The translations under genes and the position numbers were made by a program. The notes below the pieces were generated by a model. That model ran no database searches. It had not been told where the DNA came from and was given only the letters and a program-made list of their open reading frames with translations. Shown here one piece after another: positions 1 to 11,246 of a stretch of 64,000 nt of DNA (the stretch's first letter is position 1; every line of letters begins with the position of its first letter). This stretch comes from Azolla caroliniana (Eukaryota > Plantae > Polypodiophyta). The stretch is taken from NCBI GenBank assembly GCA_043228905.1, contig JBHGNT010000005.1, positions 11,780,001-11,844,000 on the forward strand, given 5' to 3'.

Positions 1-2251
1 GAACATACAAAAGTTCTTTAAAGAAGAGTAATCCATCACAGTATTTGAATTGCCGATAATCCGTACCTGGTGATTGTGATTGTGAACATGACGCTCGAGA
101 GGGGTCAATTTGTGCTAGTATAGCTTGGGCGAAAGCGTCAGTCTTCAAGTCCTCACGTATAGTATTGGTAATGTCGGAATCCACGGGCATGTCAAAGACC
201 TGTGCTGCTTGCAGTCGTGCTGGACCCAAGATTACTTGCTTCTGGTTATCGAAAGCTGGCTCACCGGGACGTGGTGTTAGATACGAACGCCGTGATAATG
301 CATCTGCCTTCCCTTGGTGCTTCCCCGGACGATATGTAATTTTGAAGTCGAAGCGTGTGAGGAAGTGGGCCCACCGAGCTTGACGTCGATTCAGTACACG
401 AGCATCTTGAAAGTAGGCAAGGTTCTTGTGGTCACTGAATACAGTGACCTGATGAGGAGATCCCTCCAGGAAATGCCTCCATTGCATAAAAGAATCAACT
501 ATTGCTAATAGCTCTTTATCATGAATTTCGTAGTTGATTTCGGCGGCGTCAAACTTACGGGAGTGGAAAGCCACAGGATGTAGCTTCTCGTCGTTACCCT
601 GTTGTGACAGAATGCTCCCCAATGCGAAATCCGATGCGTCAGCTTCGATAATGAATGGTTTTTCCGGATCCACATGACCTAAAATTGGAGCTGATGTAAA
701 CGCCTTCTTAAGACTCTCGAAAGCCATGTCCGTCTCTTTAGACCAAATGAATGATTGTCCCTTCCTGGTGAGCTGTGTGAGAGGCAGCACAATTTTTGAG
801 TAATTTTGTATGAACTTCCGGTAAAAATTTGCAAAGCCTAGGAAGCATTGCACATCCCGCACCGAACGCGGAGTGTGCCATTCTATCACCGTTTTGACCT
901 TGGCTGGGTCCATAGATATGCCTTCTGAGGAGATGACATAGCCGAGAAATTCCACTTGGTTGCACCCGAAACTACATTTCTCTAACTTTGCATACAGACC
1001 ATGTTCTCGAAGTCGTTTTAGTACTAATAGTACATGAGAATCATGTTCTTCTTGGGTCTTTGAATAAACCAGTAGATCATCCAAATAGATGATCAAAAAA
1101 TCATCCAAGAGATCTCGAAATATATCATTCGCCATGTGCTGGAAGACTGCCGGCGCATTAGTGAGTCCGAACGGCATGACCGTATACTCGAAGTGCCCAT
1201 ATCTGGTGCGAAACGCGGTCTTCCATTCATCTCCTGGTCGGATCCGTACGAGGTTATAGGCTCCTCGTAAGTCGATCTTCGTGAAGAACCTGGCACCGTT
1301 GATCCGTTCTAAAAGACTTGAGATAAGGGGAAGAGCATACCTATTTCTTACTGTGACCTTATTCAAGCCACGATAATCTACAACGAGTCGAAGCGAGCCA
1401 TCTTTTTTCTTGACGAAGAAAATGGGTGCGCCGGCTGGAGATTTCGAATGCCGAATGAAACCGTTCTCCAAATTCTCCTCTATATAGGCTCGAAGGACTT
1501 CTAGCTCGGTTGGTGACAAATTGTAGATCGGCCCCCATGGCGGCTCTTTTCCCGGTTGTAAGTCGATGGCGCAATCGTACGGCCGATGATGAGGAAGTGT
1601 GTTGGCTTGTACTTTATCGAACACATCAGCATACTGACGATACTTCTCGGGAAGTTGAACGGTGGACTCCTCTTTGGTGGTGCTGGAGGGTTGTACTGAT
1701 ATTGCGAAGAGAAACATTTCCTCCTTGCGCCCTTCCTCACGCAACTGACGTAGCGAAATGGTTGCAACCTTCTGGGTAGATCCTTGGGTTTGTCGCAACC
1801 GGATTTCCCTTGTCCTCCAATCTATGTCTGGGTTATGTAACTCGAACCATGGTAATCCTAAAACTATGGGATGTTCTGGAATACTAATAATATTAAATGA
1901 TACTACACATGTTAAGTTATCTAGGACAATATTAACGGGTTCCGACTCTTCTATGATATTACCAGAAGCAATGGGACGACCATCAATGACTACTACTGAG
2001 GCTGGACATGGGAGCTTTCTGAGAGATATCTGATGAGCTCGGGCAAAATTCCTATCCATGAAGCAAGAATTAGCTCCGGAATCTAGAAGGGCTAAGGTAT
2101 GTACTGGAGGGGTACTTTTAGTACTAACTGCTACTTGGGCTACGAACACATCACTAACTTGCTTAGAGGGAATGGAACCACTAATGGGCTGCACAGATCT
2201 AGGGCTGTCCAACCAAACGGCTCCTATTTTGGCTGGACTTAGTCGTTTAAC
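1..2251 (-). CDS. pol: Pol (protease, RT, RNaseH; truncated by window edge), probably reached by -1 frameshift from gag
   Basis: Matches 59453-61703, part of the 1185-aa pol with LLDSGA and YLDD. Frame is open back to the GTTAAAC site at 2251. Confidence 0.9.
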
Positions 2252-3408
2252 TCTTCTTCTAATTGGCTAAGGACATCAAATTTGTTTGCGAGATTCGGAC
2301 TATTAGTACTATTAGGACTATTATGACTATGAGGACTATCAGAGATTCCTACTGAAATAGACTCGGGTTTAGTATAGTCAGAACTAACAACGACTTGGTT
2401 TACCTGCCTTCTTGGTCTATGGGGACAGTTTATCGCGATATGCCCTGGTCCACCGCAATAAAGGCATAATCGGTTTGTTCGGCGTCGTTGCTTTTCCTCC
2501 TCCGATAGCGGCCCACGACGACGTGTAGTGTCAATTTCCATTGGAGTTGGAGTACTTACTGGAGGCGCATTATGTGACTCCCTTTGAAAAGGTTTTGCTA
2601 CCACTGAGGCATAGGTAGGCTCGGATCTTGCCCTCGGCATCTGAAATTGTCGTTCCGAACGTCGCTCGAAGAGGCGGTTGTCACATCTGACCGCTCGACT
2701 GATTGCTTCTGTTAATGATTTTGGCTCTTCAGGGAAAGTCAAGAGTAAATCCTTGACATCGTTGCGTAGACCATAGCGGAACTGCTCCATCAATGCTTGA
2801 TCATCCCAGGGGATATCGGCGGCGAGTAGGCGGAAATCTGCAGCATATGCGGAGGCTGGACGGTCACCTTGGCGTAATCGCCGGATTTTGTTGATTGCAG
2901 TCCTTATGCTGTCAGTATCTCCAAAACATGCTTTAAACTCACTTATGAATTCTTCAAAATTATTTAGTACTGGAGATTCCTTTTCTAGTAGCGGAGCGAA
3001 CCATGCTAATGCTGAGCCATTTAACAACGTGCCTACTAAACCCACTCGTGATGCATCGGTGGGATATCGGGACGGATGCATTTGAATAACTAACCGTACC
3101 TGGTTAAGAAACCCTCTAAACTGCGATCGCGTTCCATCGAACTTCGTGGGAAGGCCAATCTTGGGTTCTTTATGAATCCCTTGTGCTCCGTGCCCTTGTT
3201 GTTGCATTGCTACGATGGTTGCTTCGAGTTGTTGCACGCGTAACGCAAGTTCCCCATGCTGTTGTTGCGTTTGCTGCTTTTCTAAGGAAATTTGCTGAAG
3301 ATCCCCCAACAAGCGTTGATTTTCTTGTTCCAAAGCATGAAACTTCTCTTTCAAGCATTGAAATTCCGAGAAAACGGATTGATACTCTTCAGCGCTAACG
3401 GTGGCCAT
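2239..3408 (-). CDS. gag: Gag (coiled coil, PEG10/RTL1-like capsid, CCHC zinc knuckle), intact
   Basis: 389-aa ORF; PTKFDG..F..FL capsid motif, PMEID, CLYCGGPGHIAINC. Confidence 0.93.
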   Translation of the reverse strand: MATVSAEEYQSVFSEFQCLKEKFHALEQENQRLLGDLQQISLEKQQTQQQHGELALRVQQLEATIVAMQQQGHGAQGIHKEPKIGLPTKFDGTRSQFRGFLNQVRLVIQMHPSRYPTDASRVGLVGTLLNGSALAWFAPLLEKESPVLNNFEEFISEFKACFGDTDSIRTAINKIRRLRQGDRPASAYAADFRLLAADIPWDDQALMEQFRYGLRNDVKDLLLTFPEEPKSLTEAISRAVRCDNRLFERRSERQFQMPRARSEPTYASVVAKPFQRESHNAPPVSTPTPMEIDTTRRRGPLSEEEKQRRRTNRLCLYCGGPGHIAINCPHRPRRQVNQVVVSSDYTKPESISVGISDSPHSHNSPNSTNSPNLANKFDVLSQLEEELND

Positions 3409-3509
3409 GGGATGAAGGAAAAGGGAAATAAGAGACTAGTAGGAAAGGAGGGAGGCAGAAGGAAGAGGGAGAGAAAAGACCAGACAGGCACCCCAAAATC
3501 GGTTCAAAC

Positions 3510-3642
3510 TGTCAGGAACTCTATTAAGGCAGAGAAGGAATTAGTACTAAAAGAAGGATTAGTACTATTGTTGGGGAATAGTACTAAGATAGAGAAGGAT
3601 TAGTACTATGAGAGGTGTCGAACTTTGAGAGAAGGAATGAGT

Positions 3643-3682
<40 letters not shown>

Positions 3683-3972
3683 TGATGCGAAAGATATATG
3701 TATTATATGAAGGAAGATATACAACAGTAGTTAGAAGGCTTAAGACTGGCGTTGAACCGATTTGGTTCGAACTAATGCCTTGCGCCTCCTTTTATAGTGT
3801 CTTCAGGAATACTCCTGAAGTTTCTAGAATGTTCCAGAGAAATCTGGAATATACATCAATTTCCCAATAAAACCTAAATGAAAATAATATCCTTCAAATT
3901 ACAATTCATAACCTAATGGTAAAGTCTCGACCCGTGTAACAAAAGGTTATGGGTTCGAGTCTAGTTATGACA
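3510..3972 (-). repeat. 5' LTR of chromovirus copy A
   Basis: TG..CA ends; matches 57636-58114 and 62962-63424; minus-strand TATAAAA at 3790-3796; (GA)n tract. Confidence 0.95.
3802..3840. promoter_or_regulatory. Heat-shock element array in LTR U3
   Basis: GAAgtTTCtaGAAtgTTC (3817-3834) is a perfect 4-unit nGAAn array, with further in-register units, next to the TATA box. Confidence 0.65.
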
Positions 3973-4915
3973 CCTCGAGTATGTGCCTCCGGTTCGGCTC
4001 CGGTAATCCCCAATCGGTTGACATCCAGATATGTCATGACTTATGCAGGGGGAGTTGTTTCGTGGCAATCGAGGCTGCAAAAGACGGTTGCGTTGTCAAC
4101 CACGGAGGTAGAGTACATGGCAGTTGTGGAAGCTGGCAAGGAGATAATCTAGATGAAGGACTTCATCGAAGAGCTAGGGATCCAATAGGAGGAATACCGG
4201 CTCTACTGCGATAGTCAAAGTGCCATCCAGCTTGCAAAGAACACGACCTACCATTCCCGGACGAAACATATCCAACAGAGGTACCACTGGATCCGGGAGA
4301 GAGTAGAAGATCAAGAGTTCATGCCGACGAAGATCCACATGGAGGAGAACGGGTTAGATATGTTGACCAAGGTGTTGACGACCGACAAGCTAGACGCGTG
4401 GCTGACAAGACATCCCATGGCAGAGTGAAGGGGAGATTGTTGGGATGTTGGTCCCTCTAGATGGGATCCGGTTATGAATGAAGAGGACCCGGTGAGAACC
4501 AGAAGAGAAGACATATTTGTAAATATGTTTTAAGGAAGCCTATTGAGGCTATATTTGTAAATAGCCCAAAGTTCATATATGTATAAATATGACTTAGGGC
4601 AATCACTTTAAGGAGTTGTTATATTGTTGTTGATAGAACTATTGTATAGAGAGAGAGGAGATACAAAGTTATACTCTGTTGTAACCGCCGGTTGGCGAAG
4701 ATATAGAGCTCGAGGTCGTTGCTTCCGAGTATCTGATTGTATCTTTCCTATATATAGTTATAGCTTGGAGTCTGTGGGCTCTCGTGGTTTTTCCCATTAG
4801 GGTTTTCCACGTAAACATTCGGTGTACCACATACTTCCCATTTCTGTGTTTCATTCTCATTGAAGTGATTCAAGACTCGGTTGTGGCCGAGCAATATTCT
4901 GCGCTATTCTCCACA
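3973..4915 (+). mobile_element. Ty1/copia (Tnt1/Tork-like) 3' end: degraded RNaseH, PPT, 3' LTR (4438-4915)
   Basis: VSWQSRLQKTVALSTTE.EY motif; PPT GAAGGGGAGAT then TGTTGGG. Confidence 0.85.
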
Positions 4916-6010
4916 CTTGACGTGTCAACTCCAGCCAGTTCTAGGCTCTAGCTTCTCCTAGCATCTTCACGCCTTACTCACGCTCCTCGTCCAATCCGGT
5001 CCTGCGTTGCACGACCCCTTTGGTCCAACGATCCTCGACCCATCTGGTTCCGCGCTACTCGACTCTTTTGGTTTCGGCATGTCTGCTCTTCAGACCGTTC
5101 TCAACTCCCTCGTTGTCGCAGTATTGGCACCCCTCGACCCGTTGGCTCCTCCGCCTCGGCGTTAGCTTCGACTATCCTCTAGTCTGATTGGCCTTCATAC
5201 AATTTGGCTTATCTGATCATACCGCTCGACTGAATCGGTTGTGTCTGATTCATTCCCGCTCTTGTCCAAATTGGTTGTCTCTGATTCGTCTTTTGATACT
5301 TCATCTCTCTCATTCTTGCCCTCGATTTAGCTTTCATTTCTCCTCCTCAAGTTTGACATGTTGAGGTGTTGTAAGCCTAGCATGGTCAAAAAATGTCGTA
5401 ACTTGTCCAAACTGAGAGGTTTGGTGAAGATATCGGCCACTTGCCGATCAGTCAGAACATGCAGAAGTTCCACTTCACCGGAGAGGACTCACTCATGGAC
5501 AAAATGATAATGCACCTCAATGTGCTTTGTCGAGTGTGGAAGATGGTGTTCTTCGCTAATTGGATGTTGTTGAGGTTGTCACAGTATGTTATTGTCAGCT
5601 CAAACATAAATTGACTAATTAGTCCGACTAGATAGCTTAGGTCTAGCCAGGTGATGGTCAAATATATAAGGCTTCTGAAAATCTATCGGAACCATGTTGC
5701 ATCACAGTTGGCCCCGATCTGAGGTGAAGCTTGACGTTCTTGTCAAAAGGAGTTAAGACAGGTTTACAATCTACCATTTCAAACTTGAAGAATATACTCA
5801 ACACATAATGCCTTTGGCTGATCAGTGGGGTGCGGATCACTTTGATCCTAAGGAAGTAATGAAGGTCCCCCAAATCCTTCATTTCGAATGGTGCCGCTAA
5901 TTGGGACTTCATGCAACCGATTTCCTCCTGGTCGGCGCCGACGATAACCAAGTCATCAACATAAAGCAACATACTTACCAGCCCATTTCGACCTTGCTGG
6001 ATGAAAAGTG
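4916..6010 (-). mobile_element. Ty1/copia remnant (RT/RNaseH fragments and 3' region)
   Basis: LLYVDDLVI, MKDLGDLHYFL, CDN..IQLAKN motifs; broken frames. Confidence 0.8.
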
Positions 6011-7570
6011 TGTTAGGAATATGTCCCTCCTATGAGAGGAGTCGACAATCGAAATCTATGAGAGAAGTCGGTAGTTGAATTGACAAGCCAAACACAATAT
6101 GGACAATTGGATTGACCAGGAGTTGACATGGGTGTCAACTGGTCTGAAGGGGATAAAGATTTGACTATGATAATCAACTATATGATGGATGCTCCAAGAC
6201 GAGGAAAAGGTCGATTAGTCGGGCCGACTGGATAGCCGACACGAGAGTCGGCTAGTCAGGTTGACTGGATAGTCGGTAGAGGAGTCGGATAGTCGGGTCG
6301 ATAGGATATGTAACTCAACTTGAGGCAACCAAGTTCCCCCTTGATGATGCTATGTAGGCTCTACTACTACTGTGTACCCTGTATGACAACTGGGAGAACC
6401 TGGTGGTGACCCTCAATACCTTCTGCCAAGAAGAAAACCTGTCTTTGCAAGTGGTGAAGACAAGTATCCTAAACAAGCAGACAAGAAGGAAGGACAAGGA
6501 TGTCCTGCCACAGTCGGAGTCAAATGTGGCTCAACATCCGGGCAGAGGAAGAAACAAGCAGAGAAGCCCACATAGAAGAGAAAAGTCCCATACCAGATCC
6601 AAGTCCAGAGGAAAGCTTACGTGCTTTTATTGTGGAAAACCTGGACACTTCTAGTTTTCAAAATGGCAAATGGAAGTTTTGTCGAGGGAACCTCATAGTG
6701 GCCCAAGCACATAACCTCATAGTGGTAGTACGATACAAGCCAAGCTGTGCAAGGATGAAGCAAATGTGGTCGCCGACTCAAGTGGAGAGATATGGCAAAA
6801 GAGATTCGACCATATAAGCGAGTAGGGAATGCATATCCTAACCGATCAGAAACTTCTTCCAGAAGTAAAAGGAGTGCAGTTGGAGAAGTGTGTCGACTGC
6901 TTAGTCAGAAAGCATAACAGAGCTACATTCCACTCAAGACCACCTAAGAGGAGAGAATGTACACTAGAACTGGTCCACGTGGATGTATGCTATGTGGATA
7001 CTCCATCGCATCGTGGTGGATTGTACTTTGTGACATTCATTGATGACTATAATAGAAAGTTGTGGGCTTTCGTGCTTAAGTCGAGAGATCAGGTGTTGTC
7101 TGTCTTCAAAGAATTTCAGGCCATATCTGAAAGAGAGTTAGGTTGAAAGTTGAAGGTTGTCCGGGCCAACAACGGGGGTGAGTACAGAGGATAGTTCGAA
7201 GAGTACTGCAAGTCCCAAGGTATTCAAGTCGAATACAGAGTGCCAAAGACCCCTAAGCTCAATGGGCTTACAGAGAGGATGAATCGGACAATCATGGAAA
7301 GAGTGAGGAGCATGTTGCCACATGCAAAGATGCTGAAATCATATTGGCTTGAGGTGATGTACATGGCTATTTATATGATGAACAAGTCTCCCTTAGTGCC
7401 TCTGAAAGGTGATGTCCCACAGAGGGTGTGGATAGGTAAAGATGTCTCCTTCCAACACTTGAGGGTGTTCGGATGCCTAGTATATATGCATGTAGCTAAG
7501 GATCAAAGGTCAAAGCACGACAACAAGTTGAAACCATGCATATTCCTCGGGTATTCGGAGGATGAATTCC
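6011..7570 (+). mobile_element. Ty1/copia (Tnt1/Tork-like) remnant: LTR start, gag knuckle, integrase
   Basis: TGTTAGG start; CFYCGKPGH; LELVH.DV, FIDD, ERMNRTI. Confidence 0.8.
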
Positions 7571-8582
7571 TGGGTTCCCGGCTTCTTCAGCCGATCCAGA
7601 CCTAACCGATTGGTCCAATCCCATCCGCCTTCTTCCGCCAATCCGGCCGAAGTTGAGCTTGCTCGCTCAACAGTCCTCCTCAAGTCCAACTTGAGGTTCT
7701 CCTTGAATTAGTGTTTGACTCTTCCTAACGTCTCCCCACCTTGCTCACGCTCCTCGTCCAGTTTAGTTTTGCGTTCCTCGACCCCTTTGGTCCTTTGCTT
7801 TTCGACCCCTCCGGTTCCCCGCATCTTGACCCGTTTGGTCGGCTTGTCTGCCTATAAGGCCCTTGTAAAGAATACGTGTGCGGAAGCAAGTGCGATAGAC
7901 ATGGAGTACACAGTTTGTTAGGTAAACACAGAGAATGGTGTATGAGAGAGAGAGAGAGAGAGATGGAGAGAGTAGACAACAACTTCTATTTCGAATAATG
8001 AACACTCTGTACATACGTTGTGCTTAGTGAACACTTTTTATACAAGCCCTTGATGAGTGGGCTGACACAAGTACTGTCAACACTGGAATGCTCATAAATG
8101 AGCCTGACACTAAATTTGTCTACAATATTCCTATTTACTATAGTAGGAATATAGACCCTCAACGGCGTTTCAGAATCCCTCCTACTCAGCTCACGATCCT
8201 CAGCCCTTAGTTCTCGGTTCTTGGCTTCTTCAGCCGAATAGGCCCATGTTGAGCTTGTCTCTCAACACCCACTCTCAAGCTCAACTTGCGGTCCCTCCGT
8301 GTCAGTTCAAGCTAGCTCGTCATCCCAACCTCTTCTCTTGGTGTCCCGATGCCTCGCTCGTGCTCCTCGTCTAGTTCGGCCTTGCGTCCCATGACCTTTT
8401 CGGTCCGACACTCCTCTACTCAACTGGTTCCGCGCACCTCGACCCTTACGGTTGGCTTGTCTACTTCCAGGGCCCTTGTCAACTTCCTTGTTGTCGTGGT
8501 ATTGGCACCCCTTGACCCGTCGCCTCCTCCGTGTCGGCGTCGGCTTTGGCCGCTTCCTTGTTTGCTTGGCCTCTATGTAATT

Positions 8583-10572
8583 TGTTGGGAAATAGGTCCC
8601 TCCGGATGGGAAGAGAGAAGAGCCAAGTTCATCGAAACTGAAATCGTGTAGACTATATCTATAAAGAGTCGAAATAAGCCTCTGTGGGCTATACTTGTAA
8701 ATAGCCCGAAAGTTGTACTACTATATAAGCATTTCGAGCAATCATTGTAGCATAGAGAGATTATTATTGTGAGATAATTAGTACGGAGTCGTTGCTTGTG
8801 TAATTGTGAGTAATAGAGAGAACGCGTGAGAGAGGGAGAGTTTGAGTAAGTGCAACTCCATAGCCGTCTACTAACGAAGAAGAACTGGAGGTTGTTTCCT
8901 CTGAGTTTCTTGTTGTACCCCTCTTCATCATAGTGATCAGGTTCGGAGTTTGTGGACTCCACGTGGTTTTTCCTAGTTCAGGTTTCCATGGTAAAATCTG
9001 TGTGTTCTCTGTTTTGCTATTTTGTTCTTCGATTTTCTGTCTGAGTGTTACTTCTTGCACACAAATATACGAACGACAACTAGTTGTGGCCGGTCATGAG
9101 TGCAACAAGTGGTATCAGAGCGATGAAAGACTCGTTCGGCAGCATGTTTAAGCTAACCGGCTCCAACTACTCAGTGTGGAAGTCGAAGATGAGAGACATG
9201 CTCGTGTGCAAAGATCTCTAGTTGTCGATGCAATTCGGAGATAAAAGACCAAACAAGATCGATGCAGTGACTTGGGAAGTGTTGCATCTAAAGGTGGCCG
9301 CATATATAAGGTGTTTTATAGACATGAGTCTATACAACAACTTCGGCGAAGAAACAAAAACAGACGTCCTATGGAAGAAGATTGGTGTGATGTTCGAAAA
9401 CAAGAACGCCGTGAACTGAGTCTTAGTATTTCGTAAAATCGTGAGGCTCCGGTATCAGGATGGCTCGAGTATGGTGGAACACATCAATGCCTTCCAGGGA
9501 TTGATGAACTAAACCAGCTCTCTAGAAGTACCTCCGGAAGATGAGGTATTAGCACTATTGTTGTTGGGATCCCTTCCGGATAGTTGGGAAATGCTAATTG
9601 TCACGTTGGGCAACGTGGGACTGGAAGGGAAACATCTATCCCTAGAGCAGGTGAAGTCGAGTTTGCTGAATGAAGAAGCTCGCCGGAAGGACCGAGAGTC
9701 CAATACCGACCAGAAGGCCTTAGTCACAGAAGGTGACACGATTCGGGGGGAGAGGCCAAAATCGAAGTTCCTAGAACCGAGATAAGTCGGGGACCAGATC
9801 CAAGTCGAGGGAAAGGCCCACGTGCTTCTATTGTAGGAAGTTGGGGCATGTCCAGAAAATTTGCCGACATTTCCGAAAGGAAAAAGGGTGAGCTAAAGGT
9901 GTGTAGCCCAAAAAGGATTTCAGAAAACAAGAACAACTCGGCGATCAGGACAAGTGAAGAGAAATTGTTGCTCATTAATGAGAAAAATGAAGCAAACCTT
10001 TCCCTCGACTTGGACCCAGGACAAGCGATGAATTGGCATGGGTGGTTGATTCGGGTGCGTTGTTTCACCTAACTCCCGACCGGAAATGCTTCTCATCTTA
10101 CAAAGCTGGATATCTCGGATCCATAAAGATGGGAAATGAAGGAGCATGCCGAATCATCGGCATTGCAAATGTGTGCTTGGTGACATCAATTGGTTGTAGA
10201 CTTGTGTTGAGAGATGTTCGACATGTTCCGGAGGTTGGATTATGAAGTTCTGCAAGGGGAGCTTGATCGTGGCTTGGACACGGAAAACAAACACACTCTA
10301 TGTGATGCATGCTCGATTATGCGAGGGGGAAGCAAATGTGGCAGCTGACACTGTCGGGGAACTGTGGGGACAAGAGGTTGTACCCTTCTTCATCATAGTG
10401 ATCAAGTTCGGAGTTTGTGGACTCCACATGGTTTTTCCTAGTTCTGATGTCCATAGTAAAATCTGTGTGTTCTCTGTTTTGTTATTCTGTTCTTCACTTT
10501 TCTGTCTGAGTGTTACTTCTCGCACATGAATATACAAACGACAACCGGTTGTGGCTAGTCACCAACACAACA
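8583..10572 (+). mobile_element. Internally deleted Ty1/copia (Tnt1/Tork-like): LTR 8583-9107, PBS, degraded gag-protease, partial 3' LTR
   Basis: TSD TAATT on both sides; PBS TGGTATCAGAGC 9110-9121; LLGSLPDSW; WVVDSGA. Confidence 0.85.
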
Positions 10573-11073
10573 TAATTCATCTCATCCGAATCACGTTCCA
10601 TGATCGAATTGGCTGGTTCCAATTCGTTCCAACTCTTGTCGGAATTGGCTATCTCCAATTCATCCTCCTTTAGGACCTTGACCACATCTGCCCATGTCTT
10701 GCTCTTCGCTCGGTCAACTCTCTCCTTTTTGACTTAGCTGCCTTCGTTGCCCTTCTCGGCTTCACTTCCCTTGGTTTCGTTGGCTCTGGCTTCGACTCTC
10801 TCTTTTGATTGCTCGCCCTTCAACTTTCTAGTCTCTTCTTAGCCGATCTTCTTCCATCTGTCCATGCGTCCTCGGGCTCTACAACTGATCCAAATGTTCT
10901 AACTTCTTCAGTTGTGCTGAAATCGAATTCTTCATCCAATTCGGCTTTTTGAACTTCGTCTCTCTCCTTCTCGGTTTCACTCCTCCCCCTCAAGTTCGAC
11001 ATATCGAGATGTTGAAGACCAAGCATGCCCTAGAAATGTCACGACTTGTCTAGCCCAAGAGGTTTGGTGAAGA

Positions 11074-11176
11074 TGTAAAAAGAATAGTACGTGTGCGGAA
11101 GCGTAACAGACATAACCGGGTAACACAGATGAACACAAGAATGTTTAATGGAGAGCTTAAACGACACAATATATGA

Positions 11177-11246
<70 letters not shown>

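Larger units (their letters stand above)
1..3972 (-). mobile_element. Ty3/gypsy chromovirus (Tcn1/sushi-like), copy A; 5' LTR, gag and 5' part of pol; runs off the left window edge
   Basis: LTR TGTCA..TGACA at 3510-3972, gag and pol. Near-identical to 59453-63424 (offset 59452). Right flank is copia RT/RNaseH sequence. Confidence 0.95.

Noticed and set aside
165-2270. Short plus-strand and off-frame ORFs over pol (and their twins at 59617-61722)
   Set aside because: Shadow ORFs; they recur only because the element is duplicated.
3905-3965. Functional tRNA gene
   Set aside because: Acceptor and anticodon stems do not pair convincingly; kept only as an A/B-box module.
1-3972. Segmental duplication or assembly artefact with 59453-63424
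   Set aside because: Identity stops exactly at the LTR end, the flanks differ and SNPs are present, so these are independent insertions.
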